A stretch of DNA of 64,000 bases, from the NCBI RefSeq assembly GCF_006345805.1, contig NC_043016.1, forward strand, positions 20,398,001-20,462,000, given 5' to 3'. Under the pieces are notes generated by a model that saw nothing but the letters and a program-made list of their open reading frames with translations, was not told the origin of the DNA and ran no database searches. The stretch is from Octopus sinensis. Taxonomy: Eukaryota. This document shows positions 51,005 to 63,599 of this stretch, one piece after another. The position numbers and the translations under genes were made by a program. How positions within the stretch are numbered: position 1 is the stretch's first letter; every line of letters begins with the position of its first letter.

Positions 51005-52785
51005 GAGATAGTACAAGAGGGTGAGGAATGGGGAGAAAGTGAGAGAGTGTATGTGTGTGTGTGCTTTTGTATCTGAAAGGAGTGTCAATGGAAAAGCAAA
51101 GGAAAGGAAGAAGGAAGAGAGAAAGAAGAAAAAATGTGTTGACATCTTTGCAGCTGGTCAGTTCTTTCAATATAAAATGATTCTTGGCTTTAGAAATGGC
51201 AAACCTAGGTGGTCACTTCGAGGGGGGTAAAATGTTATTTTTCAAACCAAATTGTCTGGATTTCTTTTTATCATTGTCTTGTGAGAGAGAGAGTGTGTGT
51301 GTGTGTGTGTGTGTAGAAATTTAATGTTCTACTCCTGCCACTCATCCCACATAAAAAAAAAACATTCCATATAGTATGGCAAGACGCATATGCAGCATAG
51401 TTACCGACTCGCAATCACACGACAAATAAGACTAAATGAACTTTAAAACTTACTACTAGAACAAAAATACCCACTCAAATTAATAAAAAATGTAATCTCA
51501 AGAGCACAACTCAGAACTCCAAAAACAAAAAACAAAGAAAACATTATTCCTTTCATAAACACACACAACCCTGGAGTTACCAACATGTTTCAAATCGTAC
51601 ATTCGAATTTACCAATAGTCCTACAAAGCCCCAAAATGGGAAACATATTAAACAAATATTGCATAAAAAACAGTAAACGCCAAGACAAAAACCTGAAGAA
51701 ACAACTAACAAGAGCGAAATTCTCATCAGAGACTAAAACCAAATTCTTTGTAAAAGAGTGCAGAGATGGTAGATGTGGGATCTGAAGTAACCCTACCAAC
51801 AAATGTATAGAGGGAGACAATCAAATCAAATTTAAGAGTGGCCACATATTCAAAGTAAATGCAGACATGAACTGCAAGATGCAGAATGTAATGTACTGTA
51901 TAACTTGCCCCACATGCAAGGAGAATTATATGGGCGAAACTGGAAATTCTTTATGCCGACGAGCCAGAATTCACTGACATGTCCAACAGGAGGAACTGTG
52001 AAAGATTCCACTGAGTAAACACCTAGATACATGTGGAGAAGGAAAATTTAAGATCTTTCCCTTCTATAAATGCCCAAAGAATGACACCTCCTTCAGGAAA
52101 AATATGGAAAAATACTTCATAACAAAGTTCTCCCCAAAATTGAATGGCTGAAAATATTTCTATAATAATTTGTACTAGATGAAGGACCAATTTTTTAAAG
52201 TAAATTATATTAAACACACACACACACACATACAGTACTACACATATGTATATATACATAAATAAAAACAATCTTACATCCAGATTCTCCAACCCATATC
52301 AGCACAGGAATCAAACATTGGATTGAAAGAACTGAACAGCAGTATAGATGTCAATTCAATTATTTCTTCTTCCTCTCTTCCTTCTTTCTTTCCTTCTTTT
52401 TATCATTGGCAAGATGGAAAACCATTGCCACTCCTTTCAGATACACAGGCACCCACACACACACTCTCTCTCAAGACAATGAAAAAAAATCCAGACAATT
52501 TGTTTTGAAAAATCCTGCCCCCCCCCCCCTCCGAAGTGACCACCTGGGTTTGTCATTTCTAAAAGCCAAGAATCATTTTTCATTGAAAGAACTGACCAGC
52601 TGCAAAGATGTCAACACATTTTTTCTTCTTTCTCTCTTCTTTCTTCCTTTCCTTCTCTTTTCCATTGACACTCTTTTCAGATACAAACACACACACACAT
52701 ACATACACACACACACATATACATACACACACACACACACTCTCTCTCTCACTTTCTCCCTATTCCTCACCCTCTTGTACTATCA
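51005..52785. repeat. Inverted pLTR-like repeats (51005-51310 / 52455-52785), plus a diverged tandem unit at 52320-52470
   Basis: aaagaactgaccagctgcaaagatgtcaacac and its flanks are present on both strands. Confidence 0.8.
51315..52151 (+). mobile_element. Penelope-like 3' fragment (thumb, linker, GIY-YIG)
   Basis: FYSCHSSH...IPYSMARRIC, VKECRDGRCGI*, NVMYCITCPTCKENYMGETG, LSKHL, PKLN; several stops. Confidence 0.85.
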
Positions 52786-53240
52786 AGGTACCCCAAAAAA
52801 CCACATATCTCAGGAATTTGTGGTCCAATTTACACAAAACTTCTGTTATTCTTAGTGTATTCACATTTCAGTGGCACCTTACTTTCAAAGCATTTTCCCC
52901 ATTATATGCTGGTTTGGCTATTTATAAAGGTATCTGAAAAAACATGTATCTCAATAACCCATGATCCAATTTACGAAAAATTTATTTTATTCCATTTGTA
53001 TTCACATGAGCATCCAGTTCATGACATCTGCTTTTGTCTCTTTCCCTTTGTTTCGCCAGATGCTCAGCTCTCCAAGTGTCCAATCCCTGATCTCTCCTGC
53101 TTCTCCCTTCCTTTACCATTCTCACCGATCCTTCTATTCACATGCCTGTCTCGATCTTGAGTAAATATTTCGTAAAGGGCCCATTTGTACTTTGTTGTGA
53201 AATAATTTTTTCCACAGGTTCTTTTTGAGTGCATTCAACA

Positions 53241-53315
<75 letters not shown>

Positions 53316-53464
53316 CACATATATACATATTTCTCTTTTTTCTCTTTTTCTCTTTTACTTGTTTCAGTCATTTGACTGCGGCCATGCTGGAGCACCGCCT
53401 TTAGTCGAGCAAATCGACCCGTATATACATAAATATATATATATATATATATACATACATATTT

Positions 53465-54430
53465 CACCCATCCATCAAATTCATGATAGAATCCACTTGC
53501 AATGAACTACCATTTCTGGATATCCACATAAAAATACAGAACTCCACAGCCATAACAGACATATTTTACAAAAAAACTGACACACACCAATATTTAAACT
53601 TCTACTCTTGCCATCCATCACACATCAAAAGAAACATTCCATACAGCATGGCAAGACACATCTGTGCTATAGTGACTGACCCCAAAATATGTGAAACCTG
53701 ACTCAACAAACTCAAAGGATTCCTCATAATGCAGAAATACCCCTTAGGATTAATTAATGAGGGAATTAAAAAAGTGATGAAACTGAACATCACCCAACTA
53801 TGGGCACTTAAGGAAAGAGTTAATGAAAACAGGATTCTGTTCCTTAACACACAGTCCTGGAATAACCAACATCTTTCATACCAGAAAGTATAGGAATACC
53901 TATACTCCTAAATGTAAACACTGATTGAAAAATACACCTTATGAAATAGCAGACACCAACCAAAAAATCTTAAAAACACTTCACATGAACAGAATTCAAA
54001 TCAGAGAATGAATCAGAATTCTTAGTCAAATAATGTGGAGATAGGAGATGTGGAACATGCTACAATATCAACAACTTCAAATACTTGGAAAGTGGTTCCC
54101 ACATAAAATTCAAGAGTGGATCCCTTTTCAAAATAAATGCAGATATGAACTGCAAAACACAAAACCTCATATTCTGCATTACCTGCCCAAACTGCAAAGA
54201 AAATTACATTGGTGAAACAAATAATTCCCTCTGCCAACGTGCATGAATCCACAGGCAACATATCTGACAAGAAGAATTATGCAAGATTCCATTAAGGAAG
54301 CACCTGGAAATATGCAGCAATGGAAATTCAAAATTTTCCCTTTTACAAATGTGCACGAGTCAATCAGCAATACCGAAAAGCAATGGAACTACATTTCATC
54401 AAAAAAGTCTCCCCAAAATTGAATGTTTGA
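53465..54430 (+). mobile_element. Second Penelope-like 3' fragment, related subfamily
   Basis: ELPFLDIHI, DTHQYLNFYSCHPSHIKRNIPYSMARHIC, CGDRRCGTC, ITCPNCKENYIGET, PKLN. Confidence 0.85.
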
Positions 54431-54794
54431 AAGAGAAACAGAGACAGTACACTTTGTTAGTGTTATACTAATGTGCTCAAATGTGGCTTATCTCTACAAA
54501 TGTTCAGATATATCTATGTGTAGCATTGGGATGTTCTAGCTTTATGTATGAAAGAAAAGGGAAAAGAGAAAGAAAGCAAAATGACTTTCAATGATGACCA
54601 AAAGGCACCTGTTTTTATTTTTATTTTTTGTATATATTTAAAAATTTATTTATTTATTCTTTTGAAGAGGTCACCGTCCTTAAACCTATTCCAATACAAT
54701 GGTAAATAACTAGATAAATGGATAAATGAATGACTGGTGAATAGGAAGGTAGATACCCTTCTCTCTCTTTCCCTCTACCTATCTGTCCATCTAT

Positions 54795-54803
54795 CTGACT
54801 ATA

Positions 54804-54882
<79 letters not shown>

Positions 54883-54924
54883 TATTTATCTATCTATCTA
54901 TCTAACTATCTATCTATCTATCTA

Positions 54925-54972
<48 letters not shown>

Positions 54973-54973
54973 A

Positions 54974-55012
<39 letters not shown>

Positions 55013-55050
55013 TTATCTATCTATCTAACTATCTATCTATTTATCTATCT
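54795..55050. repeat. Compound (TATC)n/(TA)n microsatellite
   Basis: Direct reading. Representative of many arrays, e.g. 15245-15430, 19447-19820, 23690-23965, 57147-57215 (ATT)n, 59755-59945, 60575-60980. Confidence 0.95.
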
Positions 55051-55293
55051 ATCCCCACTAAAAAAAAAACACAAAAACAATATTCTCTTCTAAACAAAAC
55101 CAAAAAAAAACGTCTGTTTTATATAAATGAACAAGCTGTTTGTACACTTACAAAATTTTATTTGACAAGTTCTAGAAAATAATGAAAGCCCTAATAATAA
55201 TGAAGAAATAAAAGGATTTTTTTCCAAAATTCTGACAACTTTTTTTCTCAATATTCAATTTCTGTACATCACACCTAACACTTTATACACATG

Positions 55294-55376
<83 letters not shown>

Positions 55377-55455
55377 CTACATACACATACATACATATAT
55401 GTATATATGTGTGTGTGTGTGTAAATATATATACAGATATATTCATATATATATG

Positions 55456-55510
<55 letters not shown>

Positions 55511-55520
55511 ATTTAAATTA

Positions 55521-56043
55521 AGCAGAAAATGGAGCAATCTTGATCAACAATAGTTGACTAACATTGATTATTATATTTTAATACAAAACTTTATCCCATC
55601 TAACAGCCGTTTCTGCTTCCAATCTCTTATGGGGTTACCATTGAAAATTCTGAGAATAATGTTCATCATATTTTGTAATACAATCTAGAACATGGAGATT
55701 CATCAGAGTGAAAAAAAATACATAAAAGAAAAGATAAGAGAAAGAGCTACAGGAAGGGGAATGAATGCTTAATATATTTTAATCATACAATTTGCAGTGT
55801 AACACTTCAGGAGGCTCTTCCTCTTCTCTTTCATTTATGTATTTTTCATCACTCTGATGAAGCCCAATGTTCCAAATTGGATGTGTTACAAAATATGAAA
55901 AACATTATTCTGAGAATTTTGAATGGCAACACCATAAGACACTGGAAGCAGAAACAGCTGTTAGATGGGATAAAGTTTTGTATTAAAAAATAATAATCGA
56001 TGTTAGTCAAGTGTTGTCGATCAATATCTCTCCATTTTCTGTT
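55521..56043. repeat. Inverted pLTR-like pair (55521-55740 / 55823-56043), each arm with a hammerhead core
   Basis: The arms are reverse complements, about 80-85% identical by eye. Confidence 0.8.
55847..55967 (+). ncRNA. Hammerhead motif with long stem-II insert (mirror copy 55597-55710 on minus)
   Basis: cauc-a-cu CUGAUGA ...~90 nt... GAAA cagcug UU agaug, with palindromic ACAGCUGU. Confidence 0.6.
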
Positions 56044-56051
56044 TACTTTAA

Positions 56052-56288
56052 ATTTGATTCCTGATAAACTCTTGTTTATATTTGTTCATTACCTGTATTG
56101 TATGAGCATAATATGCTTGCATATGTATGCACAGGATTAACATAGGTAATTTATACCGGTAGTAAAAACGGTTTTTACTACCAGTACTAATTACCTATGT
56201 TAATCCTGGGCATACATATGCAAGCATATTATGATCATACAATACAGGCATTGAACAAATATAAACAAGAGTTTATCAGGAATCAAAT
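56052..56288. repeat. 237 bp near-perfect palindrome (118 bp arms, 1-nt loop at 56170)
   Basis: The arms differ by 7 substitutions and no indels on manual alignment. Confidence 0.92.
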
Positions 56289-56760
56289 ATCCCTTACAAC
56301 GGTTATTCCAATTGCTAACTCTACTAAACTTTATACACATATTTACATATATATAAATATATGTATATACATACATTCATACATCATATATATATATATA
56401 TAATATATATATATATATATACATGTATATGTGCATGTATATATATACACATATATATATACATGTATATATACATATATATACATGTTATATACATATA
56501 TATATATGTGCATGTACATATATATATATATAATATATATATATATATATGTATGTATGTATATATAATACAAATAAGAAAATGGAGAAACAATTTAGTT
56601 TGTTCATCAACTTTCGGATATTAGAATGTTGAAGTATTTATTCATTTAACAAAATGAGAACCTTAATAGCATACGTATATACCTTATAATTCAATATATA
56701 TAAGATAAGAATACAAATTATAAAAATCATAATATAAATTATTGAAATCATTAAAATCAC

Positions 56761-56895
56761 TCCATACAACTGTTTCAGCCTATGGTTAAAAGTAGTTTTT
56801 AAAATTTTTTTTGCCTATAGTTGTCAATTATATTGAGGTTATAGGCATTTAAAAATAAGGTGCTTATATATATAACCATAGGCCTCGTCAGAGAT
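56761..56895 (-). ncRNA. Hammerhead-like motif with an 11 bp stem II
   Basis: CUGACGA g-gccuaugguua...uaaccauaggc-u GAAA caguug UA; stem I is poor. Confidence 0.45.
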
Positions 56896-57145
56896 TATAA
56901 AGAACTCCAAAAATATTTAATATATATAAAAATATGAACAAATATCCATATACACATACACATATACATATATACACATATACATAAGCAGAGTGTATAT
57001 ACTTTTACATGTGTAAAAATACATAAATAAACACAATTAAACAATGGGTCCAAGTAAATAGACCATTCGTCATATACATATATATACATATACTGGAACA
57101 TATAAACATGTCTATGCTCATGACCACATAAACAATAATCAATTA

Positions 57146-57217
<72 letters not shown>

Positions 57218-57617
57218 TTATCAATAATAACAGTATTGTTATATTTATAGTAATCTTCACTTGACAATACATATTGTAATAGATTCTAATATATCAAATA
57301 TTATGATACAAATAAACAATCCACAATCCATACAAACAAATATATATATATATATGTATATAAATATATAAAAAAAACATACAGTTAGACTATGGCTTTT
57401 AGTAAATAGTTCTTCTTAATACATACAAGTTCATGTAATATCAATATCAATATACCCATACATTCACATGCATAAACAAGTACGTACACATATAATATAT
57501 TCTACCACATATTAGTATAAACATATATACATATATATATTCTCAAAGAGCCCTCATATACATACATTTACATATGCAAACACATATTTACATACTACTC
57601 CAGCCATACCCACACAG

Positions 57618-57670
<53 letters not shown>

Positions 57671-58314
57671 CACATACCCACACACACATACATATACATA
57701 TATCCATATGTATACATACATACACATACATATGCAAAAGTAAATATATCCACACACATATAAAAATACAACTATACATATTTGTATGTACAGATAACCA
57801 CACAGGTAATTATATATCCTAATTTAAATATATAAAAACACATATATCTGCATAAGTATAAGCTAGACTACATGTATATATATATATATTTATATACATA
57901 TGTACACATACACACACACATACATATACATATATATATACATACATATACATACCAACACATACACAAATATACATGTTAACCTACCTAGAAGATCTAA
58001 TATACATAATTAATAACATAAAACAATAATGAAAAGCTTATACATACATATACATATATATATATACATATATATATACACATACATACATATATATATG
58101 AATCCAGAACCTAGTATATTCATGTGGGTATGTACATGCACACATGCTTATTACAAACTTCCTACTTAACAACAAATGTAATGTAATATACCAATATGCA
58201 TATACATATGGATATACACACAAACACATACAAGCACATATAGAATATACACATATGTACACACATATCTACACCTATATATACAAACACATACACATAC
58301 ATATACACACATTT

Positions 58315-58366
<52 letters not shown>

Positions 58367-58461
58367 AAAATCCATTACAATTTACTACTCTTATATATTT
58401 AAAGTAAAAAATGCTCATTATAACTAGTTGTATTTAGTTTAAAGGGTGGTTTATAATAATA

Positions 58462-58931
58462 CTATTTATATCTGGAGAAAGTATACCCAATTTTATGAAG
58501 ACATGATACATTGCATTCCTTAAAATTGTTAATGATCAGTAGATTAGCCCTAATTAGAAAGAAAATTTTGTTAATGCATAATGAACATTTTCTATTTTTA
58601 TTATTATACGCAGGTGCAGATATAAGTATTTTCCATTGTAAATTATAATTTATTTTTTTATCCTTAAGTTCCCATATATATGTACATAACCCTGTAGAAT
58701 TGCTCCTATTTCTATTTTTAAAAGTATATCTGTGATAATTAAGTCTTTGTTTCAAATTATTCTTCGTAGCTCTGATATAGACTTTCCTGTCATATTGTGT
58801 ACTTACTGTACATTGATATACTACCTCCTTCCTAATGCAGTCATTATTAAATACACAGTTTTCTCTTATCCTACAATTACACTTATTAATTTGTTGTACA
58901 TAGTTTACTTTATTGTGATTAATTGTTACTG

Positions 58932-58994
<63 letters not shown>

Positions 58995-59388
58995 TTACTA
59001 TTCCCTTATCTTCCGGCAGATCATTATTGATATTATTATTCTTTTTCCTGATATTTTTATTGTTATTATTATAACCTATAGTGTTATCATTATTAATTCT
59101 ATTATTATTGTCTATGTTATTATTACTCGTTGTGGTATTTCCTTTATTATTGTCATTTCAATTATTATTTTTTTTTTTATTGTTATTATATCTTGTGCCA
59201 TTGTTAGACATGTTTGTGTTACCTAAATTATTTTTTTCTATAAAATTGGTTCTGTCTGTGTCTTCTCGGATCTTGGGCATCCTCCATCCAATTGCGCTCA
59301 AATTTGATATGTAGATACCAACGGTATCAGAGCATGTATAAGTCTTGAAATAATTACAAAAATCGATTCCAGGTGAGAATGCGATCAA
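58462..59388 (-). mobile_element. Penelope-like 3' fragment: Asn-rich linker, CxC motif and GIY-YIG endonuclease
   Basis: One reading frame with a single TGA (59158-59160): poly-N, then NKCNCRIRENCVFNNDC, VVYQC...VYIRATKNNLKQRL.YH, L..YIWELK, CSLC...CLH. Confidence 0.85.
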
Positions 59389-59833
59389 TAAGGCCGTTTT
59401 TGTCCTGCTTTTCTTCCATCAACCTGTACATAACTGCACCTTCCATTTTTGTTGTTTTTGTCAAGCTTACTGTTTAAACCATGTTTGTGTTCTCCCAGTC
59501 AACAGCCTTATCATTACTGGTACTTTAAACTCTTTGGTTGCATATTTGTGTGAACAAAATCGTTTTTCTTTGGAATAGAAAAAAATTCTACCTTTATTTT
59601 TTCTTTTGCTGGTGCCTCAAATTTAGGTTAAATCAGTGTTTCTCAAAGGAGAGGCCTATGAGACATTTGGACAAGTTGTTTTGAGAAAATTTGGCTTAAA
59701 TATTTGACAACTCAACACCGTCCATTGGACGGCGGTGGGTGGGCGTTTTGCTCATGTGTATATATATATGTATGTATATATATGTATATATATATATGTA
59801 TATATTATGTATATATATGTATATATGTATAGG

Positions 59834-59941
<108 letters not shown>

Positions 59942-60477
59942 TATATACATTTCTATCTATCTGTCTCCATTGTTTGGAACCTCACCCAAAAAAACAAGAA
60001 CATACATGTATATATATGCATCTATATATATTGAGAAAAATGGTTGTCAGAATTTGGAAAAAATCTTTTTATTTCTTCATTATCATTATTAGCAGAATCA
60101 TTCGTTTCTCGAATTGTAAAATAGAATTTTATGAATGTACAAACCCTTGTTCATTATGATAAACAAATGTTTTTGGGGGGTTTTGTTCAGAAGAGGACAG
60201 CAATGTTCTTGTTTTCTTGGGTGAGGTTCCATGACAATGGAGACAGATAGATATATGTATATATACTTATATATATACGTGCCCAGAACCTATGCGATCT
60301 TCTGGTCTGTAGCACCTTCTCCTCCCCCCAGCCCCACACGATCCTTCCAGTGCTCCAGATCCCACTGCAACACCTGCCCCTTTATCACCAACACTACTTC
60401 TCTCACTGAAACGCATGTGTATCGTTGATGATTTTCTTTCTCTGTTTTCCCTTCCTAAGGCCTTTCCTTTTTCTGTG

Positions 60478-60510
60478 TTTCTGACGAAGAGCTCCGCTCG
60501 AAACATTAAA
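60478..60510 (+). ncRNA. Very small hammerhead motif
   Basis: uuu CUGACGA a gagc-ucc-gcuc GAAA cau UA aa. A degenerate relative lies at 9534-9568 on minus. Confidence 0.65.
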
Positions 60511-60836
60511 TCCTCCTTCTTTCTTTCCTTTCCTGAGCGTCCAATAACACTATACTTGTTACATGTCCTCTTGTAGTGTTTTCTCTTTGTTCATGTTTGG
60601 ATTAACTACATTTATGTATGTGTATATATATATATATATATATAAATACATATATATAAGCATATATGAATATATATATATATGTGTGTGTGTGTGTATA
60701 TATATACATGTATGTATGTATATATATATGTATGCATATATATATATATATATATAATATATGCATGTATGTATGTATGTATGTATATGTATATATAATA
60801 TGTTATATATTACATATATATGTATTTATACATATA

Positions 60837-60868
<32 letters not shown>

Positions 60869-60878
60869 GACGTGTATA

Positions 60879-60921
<43 letters not shown>

Positions 60922-61065
60922 GTGAATATATATGTATGTATTATATATATACATATATATATACATGTATATATATATCAAGGGAAATGGAAAATTAATT
61001 GAAATTTTCACTTACAGTGGCCTAACATGTAAAAATATAGTCTAAAAAGACTATGTATTAGTCAT

Positions 61066-61638
61066 CATATATAGTGTACATTTAAACACATAAGGAATCC
61101 ACTCGTGGGATTCAATACGCTAGAAAGAACAGCTAGGTTCCACAAAAATTAGGGATAAAATTTGACAGGAATGAAATGAAAAATAAAAACATTTTACCAT
61201 CTAGTTTCCTGGACCAATTGGTTTCTGATTTTAGTTTAGCAAGCAAATAACATTTACTCACGAGGTGAAATCTTCATCAACAGGTACACCTTGGGTTGAA
61301 TATATAAAAAACACGAGATGATCAAACTATATAATTATCCTAATTTTTTTCAAAATCTACTGCAGACGCAGCCCTTCACCGGCAATAAATATTTAACCCA
61401 AGGTGTACCTGTTGATGAAGATTTCACCTCGTGAGTAAATGTTATTTGCTTGCTAAACTAAAATCAGAAACCAATTGGTCCAGGAAACTTGATGGTAAAA
61501 TGTTTTTATTTTTCGTTTCATTCCTGTTGAATTTTATCCCCTAATTTTTGTGGTTATAGAACCTAGCTGTTCTTTCTAGCGTGTTGAATCCCATGAGTGG
61601 ATTCCTTATGTGTTTATATGTACACTATATATTATATG
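61066..61638. repeat. Inverted repeat (61066-61303 / 61390-61638) with a hammerhead variant in each arm
   Basis: Arms ~240 bp, over 90% identical by eye, spacer ~87 nt, no ORF. Confidence 0.9.
61408..61484 (+). ncRNA. Hammerhead variant with UUGAUGA core (mirror copy 61208-61284 on minus)
   Basis: ccug UUGAUGA a-gauuu...aaauc-a GAAA ccaauugg UC cagg: stems I and II intact, palindromic stem III. Confidence 0.7.
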
Positions 61639-62229
61639 TGTGTGTGTGTGTGTGTGTATGTGTGTGTATGCATACATATATAATATTAGGGAGTATAACT
61701 CTAAACTTACAAGGAAAAATTCAATTTAGTATTAAATCAAATTTCACAATATAAATATAATATATATAAATTAAAGAAAAACAACAATTATTTAATTCAA
61801 ACAATGATAGGCATAAACCAAATCATAAAGAAAAAATAAAATATATTATAAAACATATAACTAGATCATAAAAAATACAAAAAAATTAATAAATAATATA
61901 TAATAAGTAACAAGACTTTGTACGATTTGTGGCTAAAACTTCAATTTGAATTACAATTAAATTTTAATTTAATCGAAAAACAATTCAATTTAAAAGTATA
62001 GTCACTCCTCAGGTCAACAATAATTACAATAATAGTTAAATAAATAATCAAATAGAATTAAACAATATTTCTTAAAGAAATAAAATCATGACTGTTCTTA
62101 TAGAAGAAACTCCGTTAACTAAATTTGAAACTTAAAAAGTAGGACCAGGCATCTATAATACATTTATCATGTTAAAAACCTAAGGTAAAAAAATAGAGAA
62201 AATGGTTTTCTCTCAAATCCTGTCTTGCA

Positions 62230-63165
62230 ATCCGAAATATTTCAATTCTTTGGTCCTCATGTCACTGAACATGGAAAACTTCTTATTTTCCGCTTCTCCC
62301 TTGGCTATATATACCTATCTCCTAGCTTCCTTTCTGGCTAACTGATACAGTCCCCTGCTACTCCCACTCTTCCAGGCCTGTTTCTTTGCTCTAATGGCTC
62401 TGTTTATAGTATTGTTCCACTACCATGTTACCTTAGGTCTGGAAGGGACTTTGCACTAGCCACAGATTTGGTCTGTGGCACTCAACAAGCTGTCTCACAG
62501 GAATTTCCAGCTGTCATCTATGTCACAGGACTGTAACTCCTCCTCCCTTTCATCAAATTTCTCGGTAAGGATATCCCTAAATCACTGACCATGAGAAGGT
62601 TTCTTAAGCTTCTAAGTCCTTCTTTTCCAGATTGGCATCCTTCTGGCCTCGAGTCTAAAGTCACTGATAAATAGTCTATGCAGGTGGGTGTACATTCTTC
62701 ACCAAGGAGGGTCTTTGTATTTAAGACCAACCATGTATCCTGCAGTCTGGCAAGAATGAAATCAATCTGTCACCTGATTGATAGGTAATCAGGTGGCTGG
62801 ATAGATTCCTGAAGTTGGTGTTGCAGATCAATAGATCATTTGCATCGCATAACTCCAGGAGCCTAGTTCCTTCTTCATTTCTGGTACCAACTCCATGGCC
62901 CCCATCTAAATAAAAGAAAGATACCAGTTTGATGTCCTACATGGCCATTAAAGATGAGGTCATTGTTACTCGTCTTTGAGGTAGCCTGCAGAAGAATATC
63001 ATAAAAGTGATCCTTCTGTTCATTTGGTAAGCCTGCTTGTGGCAGAGATAATTGTAGCTGTACCATTCTGCAAGACTAGCCTGAGTTTAAGTACTCTATC
63101 ACACATCCTTCAGTACCTCTATGACTTTATCCACCCATTTCTCTGCAAGAGGCATGCCCACATCC
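62230..63165 (-). mobile_element. RTE LINE 5'/middle fragment with internal deletions
   Basis: QAGLPNEQKDHFYDILLQ, FNGHVG, NEEGTRLLEL and VTWWWNNT...IRAKKQAWK; homologous to 30086-30583. Confidence 0.8.
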
Positions 63166-63235
63166 CCTATTCCATCACTCTCTCTCTCTCTATTTATCTA
63201 TCTATCTATCTATTTAACATGTGACTTCATTGACT

Positions 63236-63495
63236 GAGGTTACTGTAGGCTTTCCTTTCCATGGGTAAACCTCACCTGTCCTCCCCTTTACACTTTATAT
63301 TGACATTTCTGTGATAACGATCCCTACTGATCGATTTTTTTTTATCCCCCCTCCTTTTTTTTGGCTATCCTCTTTCTTTCCTTTTACGATACCTTTGATT
63401 GAAACCCAAAACCCCTTTTTTTATCCCCACAAAGAAAGCTCTACCTAGTAATTTGTCCCATCTGTGTGCAGCCCTGTGTGGCTAATAAAGAAACA

Positions 63496-63560
<65 letters not shown>
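63236..63560 (+). repeat. Interspersed repeat ending in GGCTAATAAAGAAACA(TATC)n, copy 2
   Basis: Homologous to 3745-3990. Confidence 0.7.
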
Positions 63561-63564
<4 letters not shown>

Positions 63565-63567
63565 ATC

Positions 63568-63599
<32 letters not shown>

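Noticed and set aside
51770-51790. In-frame TGA at a Cys position (CGI*), suggesting selenocysteine as in Naiad PLEs
   Set aside because: The sister copy has CGTC (TGC). The other TGAs in this fragment are at Arg-like CGA positions (CpG decay). No SECIS was recognised, and the EN is C-terminal, unlike Naiads.
58732-59226. 164 aa hydrophobic poly-Ile ORF on plus that looks like a membrane protein
   Set aside because: It is the antisense reading of the Asn-rich PLE linker on minus.
59400-59620. Possible Tc1 transposase fragment (MEGAVMYRLMEEK)
   Set aside because: Similarity is too short and weak to support without a search.
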